A DNA stretch of 64,000 bases from a virus (Duplodnaviria; Caudoviricetes). Within the stretch, counting starts at the first letter, position 1. The number at the start of each line of letters is the position of its first letter. The position numbers were made by a program, and so were the translations under genes. Positions 1 through 8,914 of the stretch are shown here, one piece after another. The notes beneath the pieces were generated by a model that made no database searches, was not told the DNA's origin, and worked only from the letters and a program-made list of their open reading frames with translations. Where the stretch lies: the IMG/VR virus record IMGVR_UViG_3300043579_000163, positions 8,819 to 72,818 of that record; one strand, given 5' to 3'.

Positions 1-93
1 CGCGACGCTGAACAGCCCCTTGATTTCACACAGCCAGAAGGCCGTGACGTTAGACTCAGGCCCACCGTCTTTTGATATAGAGAGGAGTTTCAT
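1..93 (-). CDS. Partial hypothetical phage protein (runs off window start)
   Basis: ATGA overlap with upstream stop at 90-93; MKLLSISKDGGPESNVTAFWLCEIKGLFSVA, open to position 1. Confidence 0.6.
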   Translation of the reverse strand, partial: MKLLSISKDGGPESNVTAFWLCEIKGLFSVA

Positions 94-1325
94 TGCTGTC
101 CTGTGATGATGGTTTTCGGTTCCCCACGAAGCTCTCCGTCCGAGGGCAGGAACTTCTTGTAGAAGCCGCGGTCGAAAAACATGTTGAATTCCGGTCGAAC
201 CCGAGTGATGGCTCCGGTCTTCGAGGACATCTTGAACTCGAGGATGACACCTCCGATTTCGTAGCGCAGGTGTTTAGTGCGCCCGAAAATGGTCTGCTCC
301 TGGAATCCCGGCATCCCGATGATATGGACGTTCCGGTCGAAGCTGTAGCCGCTGACGTGATAGTGGCCCTGCACCAGAATGGCCGGCTTCTCGCCGCCCT
401 GGAAGCTCTCCACCATCTTCTGGCCCTTGTAAGACCGCGCGTAAGCACTGCCGCCGCCCGGGTGCTGAATCTTCATGCGGTTCACGAACTCCCCGCAGCG
501 CAGCTCGACGTCGGCCTCGACGTGCCCGATGTATTTCATGTCCTTCCGCCCGAGCCGCTCGCAGACCATCTGAAGATAGGCCCCGAAGTTGAAGCCCTCT
601 TTCTGCCACCAGCCTTCGTGGTCGTTGCCGGTGATGAAGTGCGTTGTGACCCCGTCGCGTTTCGGATAATGGCGCGCGCAGTAGAGCGCCTGCCCGTCCA
701 CGCTGGTTTCGAAAACGCTGCCGCCGTTAATGCGGGGCACGTAGCCGTCGACGATGTTGCCAGCGTGGAAAACGTCGCGAACTCCCTCGCGGGCGAACAG
801 GTCATATTGAGCGTTGAGCGCGTCGAGCCTCTCTTCCCGGCAGCACAGATGCGTGTCGGCCACGAGCCCGATTTTCGTCCAGGCGTCGCCGTCGAAAACA
901 TCGAGCGGGATGCTGCCGAACTCCGTGGGGACCGTCTTGGCCTGCTCGATGAGCGGGTCCTGCTTCGCGGCCGCACCATCAGCGGGGCTGGGGGTCGGTG
1001 CGGGTTCCCCCGCCACTTGGACCACAGGACCCGGAGACGTGCAGACCGCCCACTCGCGACCGTTCCATTCCCTAGGCAAACCGTCGGGACCAACCCAGAT
1101 GGGGTTTTCGGGACGCACGAAGTTAGGCATCTTCGCTGCCGGCCCTTTCGCGGAGGCGACCAGTTTTCTCGGCGCACGGAAAAGCAGACTCTCCGGTGCG
1201 AAGCGCTGACGGGCCCGGCGGATGGCGGGTTCGCTCACGCCAAAGAACGTAGCAAGGTGGTCATCCTCACACCCGTCTTTGATTAGTTGCTTCAGGGTGA
1301 CTCTATCCGTTTGTGTCCATTTCAT
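90..1325 (-). CDS. Calcineurin-like metallophosphoesterase with N-terminal HTH-like segment
   Basis: Motifs GLVADTH, HAGNIVDG, GNDHE, QHPGGG, QGHYH. Confidence 0.85.
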   Translation of the reverse strand: MKWTQTDRVTLKQLIKDGCEDDHLATFFGVSEPAIRRARQRFAPESLLFRAPRKLVASAKGPAAKMPNFVRPENPIWVGPDGLPREWNGREWAVCTSPGPVVQVAGEPAPTPSPADGAAAKQDPLIEQAKTVPTEFGSIPLDVFDGDAWTKIGLVADTHLCCREERLDALNAQYDLFAREGVRDVFHAGNIVDGYVPRINGGSVFETSVDGQALYCARHYPKRDGVTTHFITGNDHEGWWQKEGFNFGAYLQMVCERLGRKDMKYIGHVEADVELRCGEFVNRMKIQHPGGGSAYARSYKGQKMVESFQGGEKPAILVQGHYHVSGYSFDRNVHIIGMPGFQEQTIFGRTKHLRYEIGGVILEFKMSSKTGAITRVRPEFNMFFDRGFYKKFLPSDGELRGEPKTIITGQQ

Positions 1326-1355
1326 TGGTGGTGTTCTTTTTGGGTTCGGGTTTAC

Positions 1356-1886
1356 TCACTTGGCGCTTCTCTTTGTTATGGTTATCGCCCACCGGAGCAA
1401 GTGTAAGGCATCCGCGCAGTTGTCGTCAACTATGGTGATTGCCGGAAAAAGTTTAGTTGCCTCCCGGACCATGAAGTCCTTGTCAGCCGCGCCGCTGCCC
1501 GTGGCAAGCTTTTTCAACGCGGTCACGGGGATGCAGTCCGTCTCGACATTGTGGATGTAGCAGAAAAGCCACACCGCGGCGCGGAAGCTGGACCAGAGCT
1601 GGGTCTGCATGGTGTAGCGAGAAAACTGCACGTCCTCGAACACCAGGAAGTCCACGGGATAGTTGACGAGGCCGGCGTCACACTTGTGGTCCGCCCAAAG
1701 CAGACGAAGCCGCTGATACAGCGCAGGAATGCGCGGGTCCAGCCGGCGGTCTAGGCGCGCCTTGGCTGCGCGTTTTCTCTTGGCCTCGTCTTGCAAGAGC
1801 CACGAGCCCGCGGTAATCTTGCCGGCGGCATCCCGGTAGGCCCAGCCGGTCGTGGTTCCGAGGTCGAGTGCGAGGAGGGTCTTCAC
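1356..1886 (-). CDS. ruvC: RuvC-like Holliday junction resolvase
   Basis: LLALDLGTTTGWA, LVFEDV, LKKLATGSGAADK, DNCADAL acidic active-site pattern. Confidence 0.85.
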   Translation of the reverse strand: MKTLLALDLGTTTGWAYRDAAGKITAGSWLLQDEAKRKRAAKARLDRRLDPRIPALYQRLRLLWADHKCDAGLVNYPVDFLVFEDVQFSRYTMQTQLWSSFRAAVWLFCYIHNVETDCIPVTALKKLATGSGAADKDFMVREATKLFPAITIVDDNCADALHLLRWAITITKRSAK

Positions 1887-2590
1887 TTCGCCGCCCTCTT
1901 GAACCCCGCGCGCAGCTTCGCTACAATCTGTCCGTGCGCCGCGTGAACCGCCTGCCGGCTCACCTTGCGCTGCCGAGCAATGTCGGCCATGCTAATTTTC
2001 TCATCATAAATGAGCCGGAGCAGCTCCCTCTCGCCGACAGTGAGCTTGCAGCGGCACTTTTTTAGCATCGAGAGGTTCAGTCCCCGTTCTTCTTGCTCCA
2101 TCACAATCTCGTCGGTCGACGGGGCTAGCTCGGCAATCTGGCGCTGCGTCTTCACGGGAAGGTGAGGCGGGTTTGTTCCTCGGTTATTGTCATGCTCCTC
2201 TTCCGTGTAGGGCGTGAAGCCGGGGAACTTGTCCGAGTGTGAGGAGGGCGTCACCGTGTTCTTAGACTTCCACAGACCGGCAATGGCGCCGCGCAGAAAG
2301 GGCATCAGGTAGCGTGTGAAACGATTTCCCCGCTCCGGGTCGAACCTGTCGATGGCGTTCATCAGCGCGGCGTTCACGGCGGATATCACTTCATCATCTG
2401 GAAGCCGGCCACGATTCTGGCGGCGAGCGAATCGTGCAGCGAACAGCAGATGGTTGTGGATAAGGAATTCACGAGCCGCTGTGTCGCCCTTTTTCGCCGC
2501 CACGAAAAGATTGCGTTCTTCTTCGGGAGTGGTGAGTTTGAAGCGGAGGTTTTCGTTTGCACGATAGTAGTTATTGCTGTTGGGTGTCAT
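1883..2590 (-). CDS. Phage-encoded sigma70-family RNA polymerase sigma factor
   Basis: Region 1.2/2 (EEERNLF..AKKGD..AREFLI.NHL, AIDRFDPERGNRF) and region 4 HTH (SMADIARQRKVSRQAV..KLR). Confidence 0.9.
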   Translation of the reverse strand: MTPNSNNYYRANENLRFKLTTPEEERNLFVAAKKGDTAAREFLIHNHLLFAARFARRQNRGRLPDDEVISAVNAALMNAIDRFDPERGNRFTRYLMPFLRGAIAGLWKSKNTVTPSSHSDKFPGFTPYTEEEHDNNRGTNPPHLPVKTQRQIAELAPSTDEIVMEQEERGLNLSMLKKCRCKLTVGERELLRLIYDEKISMADIARQRKVSRQAVHAAHGQIVAKLRAGFKRAAK

Positions 2591-4844
2591 TAGATTTCTG
2601 GTAAATGCTGTCCGTCCTTTGTTCAGGCACTTCCAGAACCGTGAGATTCTTCGGATAGTGTGTGCAGCGGTCGATTTCGTATGTGCGAATCTTGGAGCCC
2701 TCGAGAATGCGAATCTTGAACTGCGAACTCTTGCTCAGGGTCATCAGGTCGCGCTTGATGCGGTCCAGGTCGAACTTGCGTAGAACCTCCGTGAGCCCCG
2801 GAACCTGCGCGAACTGTTGCCATAGGTCAAGCGCGCTGCCGGTCCACACGTTGGCGTCGGGGTTCGTCTTTGTGAAGTATTCGCGCATGAAGGCGTTCAT
2901 CAGCTCCGCAGTGTTCGAGGCGCGGCTGCTCTGCTGGGCTGAGATGACCATGTATGGGTCGTGATAAGGCTTGATGCCCCCGAATCGCTCATCCCGGACG
3001 GCTGAGCTACGGCATTGCTCGGGGATTTCGTAATCCAGCAGGAAGCGACCGAACCAGGGCAACTCGCGGTCGAGGATGGTCTTCACCTCACCCCACCCGG
3101 GAAAAGATTTTGTCCGTTCTTTCGCCAGGAACATCATCACCTTGTCAGCCATTTCGGCGTCCATGTCGGGAGGCGTGAAAGACGTGGAGTCCATGTTGCA
3201 GGTAATCACGGTTAGGGCGCAGTTCCCAATCACCGCGCCGATACGAAACTTTTCGTTGCACTCTTTGGAAGGGTTCGCGACACTCTGTTTTACCTTCTCG
3301 CAAAACTTCCGCCACACTGGCGAGTTGGTTTCCATCGAGGTGTCGTCAACGGCGTGATACGCGTAATCGAAAAGCTGAGAGTTGAAGTTCGTTTCCCCGA
3401 GCAGGTGGGCCTTCGCCTCAGCGAAGCCTCCCAAAAGCCGGCCCATCACCTCACGGCTCTGGAAAGTTTTTCCGCATCCGACAGGACCTCCGATGTAGAG
3501 AGCATGACCCGGGGTCAGGTTCCGGTTGTAACAGCCCTTGTAGGCCTTGCTTGCCCAGCTCAGGAAAAACGGGAGCTGGTCAGGCGTGGCGAAAAAGTTG
3601 TCATAGAGGTCCGAGAGGAACGGGAACTGTCCTTCGGGGCCCCAGATTGCTTTTCCCTCCGCCGGCTGGATTACGTCGCGCGTGTGAGTGTTAAGGTAGT
3701 AGTGACCGTTGAAAAAGATTTTGCCCTTGGGTTCTGAAAAGGCGAAGCTGGCGTGCGCCTTCACGCGTTGCTCATTGTGGATGTAGGCGTATGCAGCCTC
3801 GACCTCAGAGAACCTCTCGCCCTTTTTCTTGCTGACCTCTCGCGACAGGCCGCGCATCACTACCAGCTCGGTCTGCACGTTGTCCTTGTTCAGGATGTCC
3901 CAGCGCCCGCTCTCCCTTTTTACCGCATAGTCCTTTCCGTCGAAGTAGACGTCCTTCACTGCCGTTCCAATTCGGTTCTGTTCAAACTGCTTCACCCAGT
4001 CTGCGCCCAGCAGCTCGGACCAGGACCACCAGCCCTTGCCCAACTGATTCGCATGATTGGAAAAGGTCTTCATGCCGTTGTCCATCACGATGGCGGACCT
4101 CTCCGAAGTTGAGCCATCGACCCAGAAGGTTGGTCCCTGCGCCCCCAGGGCGAAGTCTCCCTTCCATTCTTGGAAGCGGGGATACTTGTCCTTGAGTTCT
4201 CGTAGACGTTCAGCCACCACGGGAATCGGGATGACAACGCCCGGTTCCATATCCTTCCATGAATACGAGCGACACAGCTTGACCAGCCAGCCGACAACCA
4301 GAGCGTGCGGGATGGGGTTCGGGTTCACCTGACGCCATTGGCAACCATTCGCGTAATAGCGAGAGGGCTCCGTGTATCCAGAGTCCAGGTTGCTCAGCTC
4401 TTTAATCGGAAGGAAATCATGAATACTTTTTAGCAGGAAGACTGCAAAGTTTCGGGATGAGAGGAGAATGGGCACCTCGAAAATCCAAACCAGCCGCCAG
4501 TTGCCGGACAGGGAACGCTCTACCCAGTTCGGCTTTATGTCCATGCGCGCGATTGCCGATTCGACTTCCTGTTCCGTGAACTTCGCGTCATAGTCACCCA
4601 CGAAACACCGAAGCTCTCGCGGAGAGTTCGCACTGTCCTTTCCACCGGCCTCGCTCACGCGCGCGTTCTCGTTGATGGCAACGAAGCCCGTGTAGAACAT
4701 GAAGTCGGTTGCGGGTAAATTTGCCCAGGTCTCCCGGGCCGCCTTGTCTCCGAGACAATTCGGGGGAACTAGGTCAAGCTTGATGAACTCCCAGGGGTTG
4801 CCTTCAAAGGTTTCGGTAGAGGAAAGGTTTTTGAGGTATCGCAT
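2571..4844 (-). CDS. Primase-polymerase (AEP-like) fused to SF3-type helicase
   Basis: N-terminal FVGDYD and SLSGNWRLVW motifs; C-terminal Walker A GPVGCGKT, Walker B-like AVDD, KQSVANPSKECNEKF. Confidence 0.8.
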   Translation of the reverse strand: MRYLKNLSSTETFEGNPWEFIKLDLVPPNCLGDKAARETWANLPATDFMFYTGFVAINENARVSEAGGKDSANSPRELRCFVGDYDAKFTEQEVESAIARMDIKPNWVERSLSGNWRLVWIFEVPILLSSRNFAVFLLKSIHDFLPIKELSNLDSGYTEPSRYYANGCQWRQVNPNPIPHALVVGWLVKLCRSYSWKDMEPGVVIPIPVVAERLRELKDKYPRFQEWKGDFALGAQGPTFWVDGSTSERSAIVMDNGMKTFSNHANQLGKGWWSWSELLGADWVKQFEQNRIGTAVKDVYFDGKDYAVKRESGRWDILNKDNVQTELVVMRGLSREVSKKKGERFSEVEAAYAYIHNEQRVKAHASFAFSEPKGKIFFNGHYYLNTHTRDVIQPAEGKAIWGPEGQFPFLSDLYDNFFATPDQLPFFLSWASKAYKGCYNRNLTPGHALYIGGPVGCGKTFQSREVMGRLLGGFAEAKAHLLGETNFNSQLFDYAYHAVDDTSMETNSPVWRKFCEKVKQSVANPSKECNEKFRIGAVIGNCALTVITCNMDSTSFTPPDMDAEMADKVMMFLAKERTKSFPGWGEVKTILDRELPWFGRFLLDYEIPEQCRSSAVRDERFGGIKPYHDPYMVISAQQSSRASNTAELMNAFMREYFTKTNPDANVWTGSALDLWQQFAQVPGLTEVLRKFDLDRIKRDLMTLSKSSQFKIRILEGSKIRTYEIDRCTHYPKNLTVLEVPEQRTDSIYQKSNDTQQQ

Positions 4845-4856
4845 GCAGCCCCTAAG

Positions 4857-4884
4857 AGTATGTCACCTGTAGGCCTCTCGTCAA
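4857..4884 (-). promoter_or_regulatory. Sigma70-type promoter for primase-helicase
   Basis: TTGACG-N16-CATACT with extended TG, 12 nt before ATG at 4844. Confidence 0.6.
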
Positions 4885-6891
4885 CTATTTCAAATAGTGG
4901 GGGACCTCTTTTGCTTCCGCGGTGAGCGGGCAGCCCTTCAACCACTCCGGGCACTGCGACATCACGTCTTGAACGTCCTTGGCCGACACTGACTGGTCAA
5001 CCTCATTCACGGCCTCGTCATGCGCCGTGAACAACACCGTCCCATCACCAAAGTTTCGGTCCAGCTCTAGGCAGTGAAAACCAAAGACATCCCGGGCAAT
5101 CGCCTGCACCATGTTTTCCGTGAGCATCCCTCCGTAGAACGGAACGCGCATCAGTCGGCCATTCTTGATTGCCTCGGCGCGGACGCACAGCCGATTCCGC
5201 CATCCGCCCTTCTCTTCATCAAAATGCTTCACCCACTCGCGAGCCACCTTGCGGTAGTAGAGGGAACGACCGCTAGGGAGTTCAACGGAAAACTCTCCGT
5301 CCAGCACGCTGTCACGGTAGGCCTTGTCCAGATGCTTCCAGAGCGCAACAATTTTCGGGTTGTTGGCGCGGAACTCCTTCACGCACTTCCTTGAAAAGGT
5401 TCCGTAGCCCGAGACCATCTTCGGTGTTCCGTCCTTGTTCAGGATTGGCTCCCCGTCCTCGTTGAGCACGGCGACGAACTCCGGGTCATCCTTGGTGACA
5501 TCGCAGCGGGCTTGGTCCCAGGCCAGCTTGATGAACTTCTCCCAGGCGCACTGATAGCCGAGGCCGAGGACCTGCGCCTTGCTCAGCGCATACCTGTCCT
5601 TGTCCTGCTTTTTCATGTCGCCGCCGGTCCAGCCCATCTGTTGGCGCGCGAAGGCCTCGTAGGGAGACTGGCCGGAAGCCATCATGTCCAACAACTCTTG
5701 GTTGCCGGTGACCCAGGCCAGCACGCGCGGCTCAATCTGGGAGAGGTCCGACACAATCATTTTCTTGCCGGGCCGCGGGATGAAAATGGAGCGGAGGTCG
5801 AGCGAGGCCGTGACAAATCCTGGCAATGGCTTCCCCTCATTCTGTGTCTTCTCAATCTCTTTCAGGCGGTCGGGCTCGTTGATGAGGTAGCCCTTGTCGT
5901 CGCGATACAGCGGCTCCTTTCGGGGATTCTGCATGTTCACGCCGCCGTCGCCACTCCACCGTCCCGTGTGCGCCCCGAAATACTTCAGACGAAACTGTAG
6001 GATTCCCTCGGGGGTGAGCCGCTCCTTGATGGTCTCGAGCGAGCCCAGGAAAAGGTTGATGCTCCTTCGCTTGGCGACGTTGGCCACCCACTCAAAACGG
6101 GGAGCATACAAAGCCTCCCACTCGTCAAAGGCCTCCTCGCCCTCGTGAGCCTTAACGGGAGGGGAGGGGATGCCCGATGCCCGGCACCGTTCCGCAATGG
6201 CTTTCGGGGACGTGGGCGCGTGGCCCTCTGCAATCCAGGGCAGCGTGGCCTCGCAGTCCTTTAGCATCGTGTGCGCCGTCTTAATGTAATCAACGAGCTT
6301 GGAAACATCGATTTGAATGCCGCGCTTTCCCTGGCGCGAGGTCTGGCGGGCGAGAGCCCTCTCAAACTCCGGCCACTTATCTCCATGCTTGACCCACAGC
6401 TCTCGCGTGGTAACCGCGTCCCTGCGCCCGTAGCGCACCATTTCATCCCACCATCCCTCGGCCTTAATCTGGTCCGCGGTCTTTCCGTTGGCCTTCGCGC
6501 GCGCGTGCTTGTCCAGCACAACGTCCAGAAGAAACTTAGCGGCCTCTTCAAGACTGCGGCGGTTACATAAATACGCCGACATGTTCGCCGTGCAGAACCA
6601 ATCCTTCGGATGGATTATCGGCGCGATGCCCAGTTCGACCTGACGCTCATATACCCCGCTATCAAAGTGTTCGTTGTGACTAACCAGGGTGTTGTCATCC
6701 AGGGAGGACCAATTAAAGTCCCTCGGATGTCCTGCCCATGTCTCCGACTCATCGGCCACGGTTATCAGATAATTATCAAACCTCGGACTGTGCAGGTAGG
6801 CATAGTCGCCCATCTGCGTAATGGAAAAACCCCCGCCCTTCTTGGACTTGTGGTAAAAGGTTTCCGTGTCGAATCCGATAATGCGATGCAT
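4885..6891 (-). CDS. polA: DNA polymerase family A with 3'-5' exonuclease
   Basis: GFDTET exonuclease motif; motif A IVSDLSQIEPR; motif B KAQVLGLGY; motif C AHDE. Confidence 0.95.
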   Translation of the reverse strand: MHRIIGFDTETFYHKSKKGGGFSITQMGDYAYLHSPRFDNYLITVADESETWAGHPRDFNWSSLDDNTLVSHNEHFDSGVYERQVELGIAPIIHPKDWFCTANMSAYLCNRRSLEEAAKFLLDVVLDKHARAKANGKTADQIKAEGWWDEMVRYGRRDAVTTRELWVKHGDKWPEFERALARQTSRQGKRGIQIDVSKLVDYIKTAHTMLKDCEATLPWIAEGHAPTSPKAIAERCRASGIPSPPVKAHEGEEAFDEWEALYAPRFEWVANVAKRRSINLFLGSLETIKERLTPEGILQFRLKYFGAHTGRWSGDGGVNMQNPRKEPLYRDDKGYLINEPDRLKEIEKTQNEGKPLPGFVTASLDLRSIFIPRPGKKMIVSDLSQIEPRVLAWVTGNQELLDMMASGQSPYEAFARQQMGWTGGDMKKQDKDRYALSKAQVLGLGYQCAWEKFIKLAWDQARCDVTKDDPEFVAVLNEDGEPILNKDGTPKMVSGYGTFSRKCVKEFRANNPKIVALWKHLDKAYRDSVLDGEFSVELPSGRSLYYRKVAREWVKHFDEEKGGWRNRLCVRAEAIKNGRLMRVPFYGGMLTENMVQAIARDVFGFHCLELDRNFGDGTVLFTAHDEAVNEVDQSVSAKDVQDVMSQCPEWLKGCPLTAEAKEVPHYLK

Positions 6892-6895
6892 AAGA

Positions 6896-7201
6896 CTAAA
6901 GCGTGATTCCGCAGCTCGGGGTGCTTTGAACCTTGTTGCGAATGATTTTGCGAACCGCGGCCTCGAGACGCTTCTGTGCCGCCTCCGCGGCGAATCCGGG
7001 AATCAGGCGAAGGGAGACATACATCGGGTCGGGCTCCCCGTGCAGCGGCTCACGCACCTTGCTTTCGATTTGTCGAATCAGGCAATCGACCTCGGCCTCG
7101 ATGTCGTCGAGAAATTCCTGGCTCACTCTCTTGAACTTGCCGGCTCGATGCGATTTGGAACAGGCCAACGCGTATTCCTTCACGCTCGAGGCCACCGTCA
7201 T
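6896..7201 (-). CDS. Putative histone-fold-like DNA-binding protein (101 aa from MTVASS)
   Basis: ASSVKEYAL...RVSQEFLDDIEAEVDCLIRQ pattern recalls prokaryotic histone alpha1-L1-alpha2; the ORF-track start at 7324 is probably too long. Confidence 0.45.
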   Translation of the reverse strand: MTVASSVKEYALACSKSHRAGKFKRVSQEFLDDIEAEVDCLIRQIESKVREPLHGEPDPMYVSLRLIPGFAAEAAQKRLEAAVRKIIRNKVQSTPSCGITL

Positions 7202-7307
7202 GTTGGTTCTTTGATTATTCGTTTCGCTCATAAAAGAAGCCCGGCGGAGGGTTCGCCGGGTGCGATTAAGCAAGCCAGCCACATTTTCCTTAATGCCGGG
7301 AAGGTCT

Positions 7308-7514
7308 TTAGTTAATTGTAACACAGCGCCAGGGACAGGTCAAACCAGAGAACCGCAGCTCTCCCCAGGCGAGTCGTTCCATTTCGGAAAATGCGACCTC
7401 GCGCTTTGCCTCCCACTCACGCCGCACGTCGGCGGGCTGATTCAGGTCCAGGGCCATCTGCCAAGCCTCTTTCCAAGACTCGCGGGCGCGTTGATATTTT
7501 TCTGAAGGTGCCAT
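7308..7514 (-). CDS. Hypothetical protein
   Basis: 68 aa ORF on the coding strand of the arm. Confidence 0.45.
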   Translation of the reverse strand: MAPSEKYQRARESWKEAWQMALDLNQPADVRREWEAKREVAFSEMERLAWGELRFSGLTCPWRCVTIN

Positions 7515-7616
7515 GAAAGTAGCAGCCGATTCTGGGTTCTCCAGATTCCTTTTCCTGCTCGGCTTACACAGTATCGGGCCCAGCGTGCAGGCCTTTCCGC
7601 AAACTCGCCACGATGG

Positions 7617-7650
7617 AAAAAGGGCGAGTGGTTGATAAGGCCACCCGCCC
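7617..7650 (-). terminator. Intrinsic terminator after SSB gene
   Basis: GGGCGGGTGG/CCACTCGCCC stem followed by a T-run on the minus strand. Confidence 0.7.
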
Positions 7651-7669
7651 CAGTTGATACGGTGCTGAA

Positions 7670-8914
7670 TTAGCTGCCTGTGATTTGCTTGATGAACGAG
7701 CGCAGTTCTTCGCTCGTCTTGGTGCCCGGCTTCAGGACCGTGACATAGGCCGTGTTGCCCGTGCTATAGGTCCTGAGCTTGGTGCCGCAGGTATATGTGA
7801 AGGACGTGTAGCCATTGGCGGCGAGATGCCCGGCCTTCTTGTCCTGTCGAATGACGGACGCGCCTTCAGTGAACAGCCCGCCCTTCATGTCGAGCGTGAC
7901 CAAGGCCCATTGCTGGCCTTCGCAGAGGAACGGAAAGAAAATCCGGTCCTCGTCCTTCACGTCGTCCGGTTTGCGGACCAGAAACAACGCGGTGGAGAGA
8001 GTCTGAAACTCGCGCGAGGGGAGGCCCGCGGCTTTCTTTTCCCTGTGCTCCTTGAAGTTGAGCGTGCCGTTGGCGCGCGCGACCTCTTGGAGTGAGTGAG
8101 CGAGGATGCCCTGCTCGTCAGAGCCATAGGCGACCTTCTCGACGTAACGGTCCTTGCGGAAGCCGATGACGACGAGCGTGAGAGGCGCACTGCCGGCCTT
8201 CACGAGCTGACCATCTTTCACCACTGGCGGCGTGTAGATGGCGATTTGGTCCTTGAGAACAATCTCGCCCAGGGAGAAGGAAACAGCGAGGCTGCTGGAC
8301 TTCTGGACGAGTTTGATTTTGGGGAACTTGATGTCGGCGAATCCGATGTTGTCCTCGTTGAAAGGAAAAGCGGATTGTGGCGCAGACACGGCGGAGCAAA
8401 CAGGATTGCCCTGTTCGTCACAAGGGACCGTGGCTTCGGCCTGGGTTTGGGTTTCCGAGGCGGCTACTGGTTCCGTCGCGTCGACGGGGAGCCCGGGTTT
8501 GTTGAACGATACCTTACTCATTTGGTTTGTCTTTCGGTTTTGGTTGTGTTGTTCGAGATACGCAACGGCGCGCATCAAAATTTGGGGGTTATCCTTGAAC
8601 CCGCCGAGAGCAGGATTGCACCTTCTGCATAGCATCCCACGCACCTTCCCAGATTTATGGTCATGGTCAATCTGAGGTGATTTCATTTTCTCCCCACATA
8701 TCGCACACTTCCCCTGCTGAGCGCAAATCAGAGTCTCATAGTCCTCCAAGGTCATGCCGTAATAGTGCTTAAGGTTGGCCTTCCGGGAAAGAAGCGCACT
8801 TCTAGTGGGGTTGGCCATTCGCCACAAAAGGTTATTCTTGACGAGCACGGTCTTGTTCTTAAGACGGTGTCGCTTGACTGCGTCTCTATGAGACTGCTTC
8901 TGTTTTTCAGTCAT
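7670..8914 (-). CDS. In-frame fusion: endonuclease VII-type HNH (8522-8914) + putative ssDNA-binding protein (7670-8521, own ATG MSKVSF)
   Basis: CAIC..QIDHDH..VRGMLCRRCN motif in first 131 aa; second part DIKFPKIKLVQ, located between nuclease and PolA as SSBs often are. Confidence 0.75.
   Translation of the reverse strand: MTEKQKQSHRDAVKRHRLKNKTVLVKNNLLWRMANPTRSALLSRKANLKHYYGMTLEDYETLICAQQGKCAICGEKMKSPQIDHDHKSGKVRGMLCRRCNPALGGFKDNPQILMRAVAYLEQHNQNRKTNQMSKVSFNKPGLPVDATEPVAASETQTQAEATVPCDEQGNPVCSAVSAPQSAFPFNEDNIGFADIKFPKIKLVQKSSSLAVSFSLGEIVLKDQIAIYTPPVVKDGQLVKAGSAPLTLVVIGFRKDRYVEKVAYGSDEQGILAHSLQEVARANGTLNFKEHREKKAAGLPSREFQTLSTALFLVRKPDDVKDEDRIFFPFLCEGQQWALVTLDMKGGLFTEGASVIRQDKKAGHLAANGYTSFTYTCGTKLRTYSTGNTAYVTVLKPGTKTSEELRSFIKQITGS

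Noticed and set aside
93-1286. 397 aa plus-strand ORF
   Set aside because: Antisense shadow of the metallophosphoesterase; no motifs; expected in high-GC DNA
7670-8914. Stop-codon reassignment
   Set aside because: The fusion contains no in-frame stop, and all long genes are intact in the standard code
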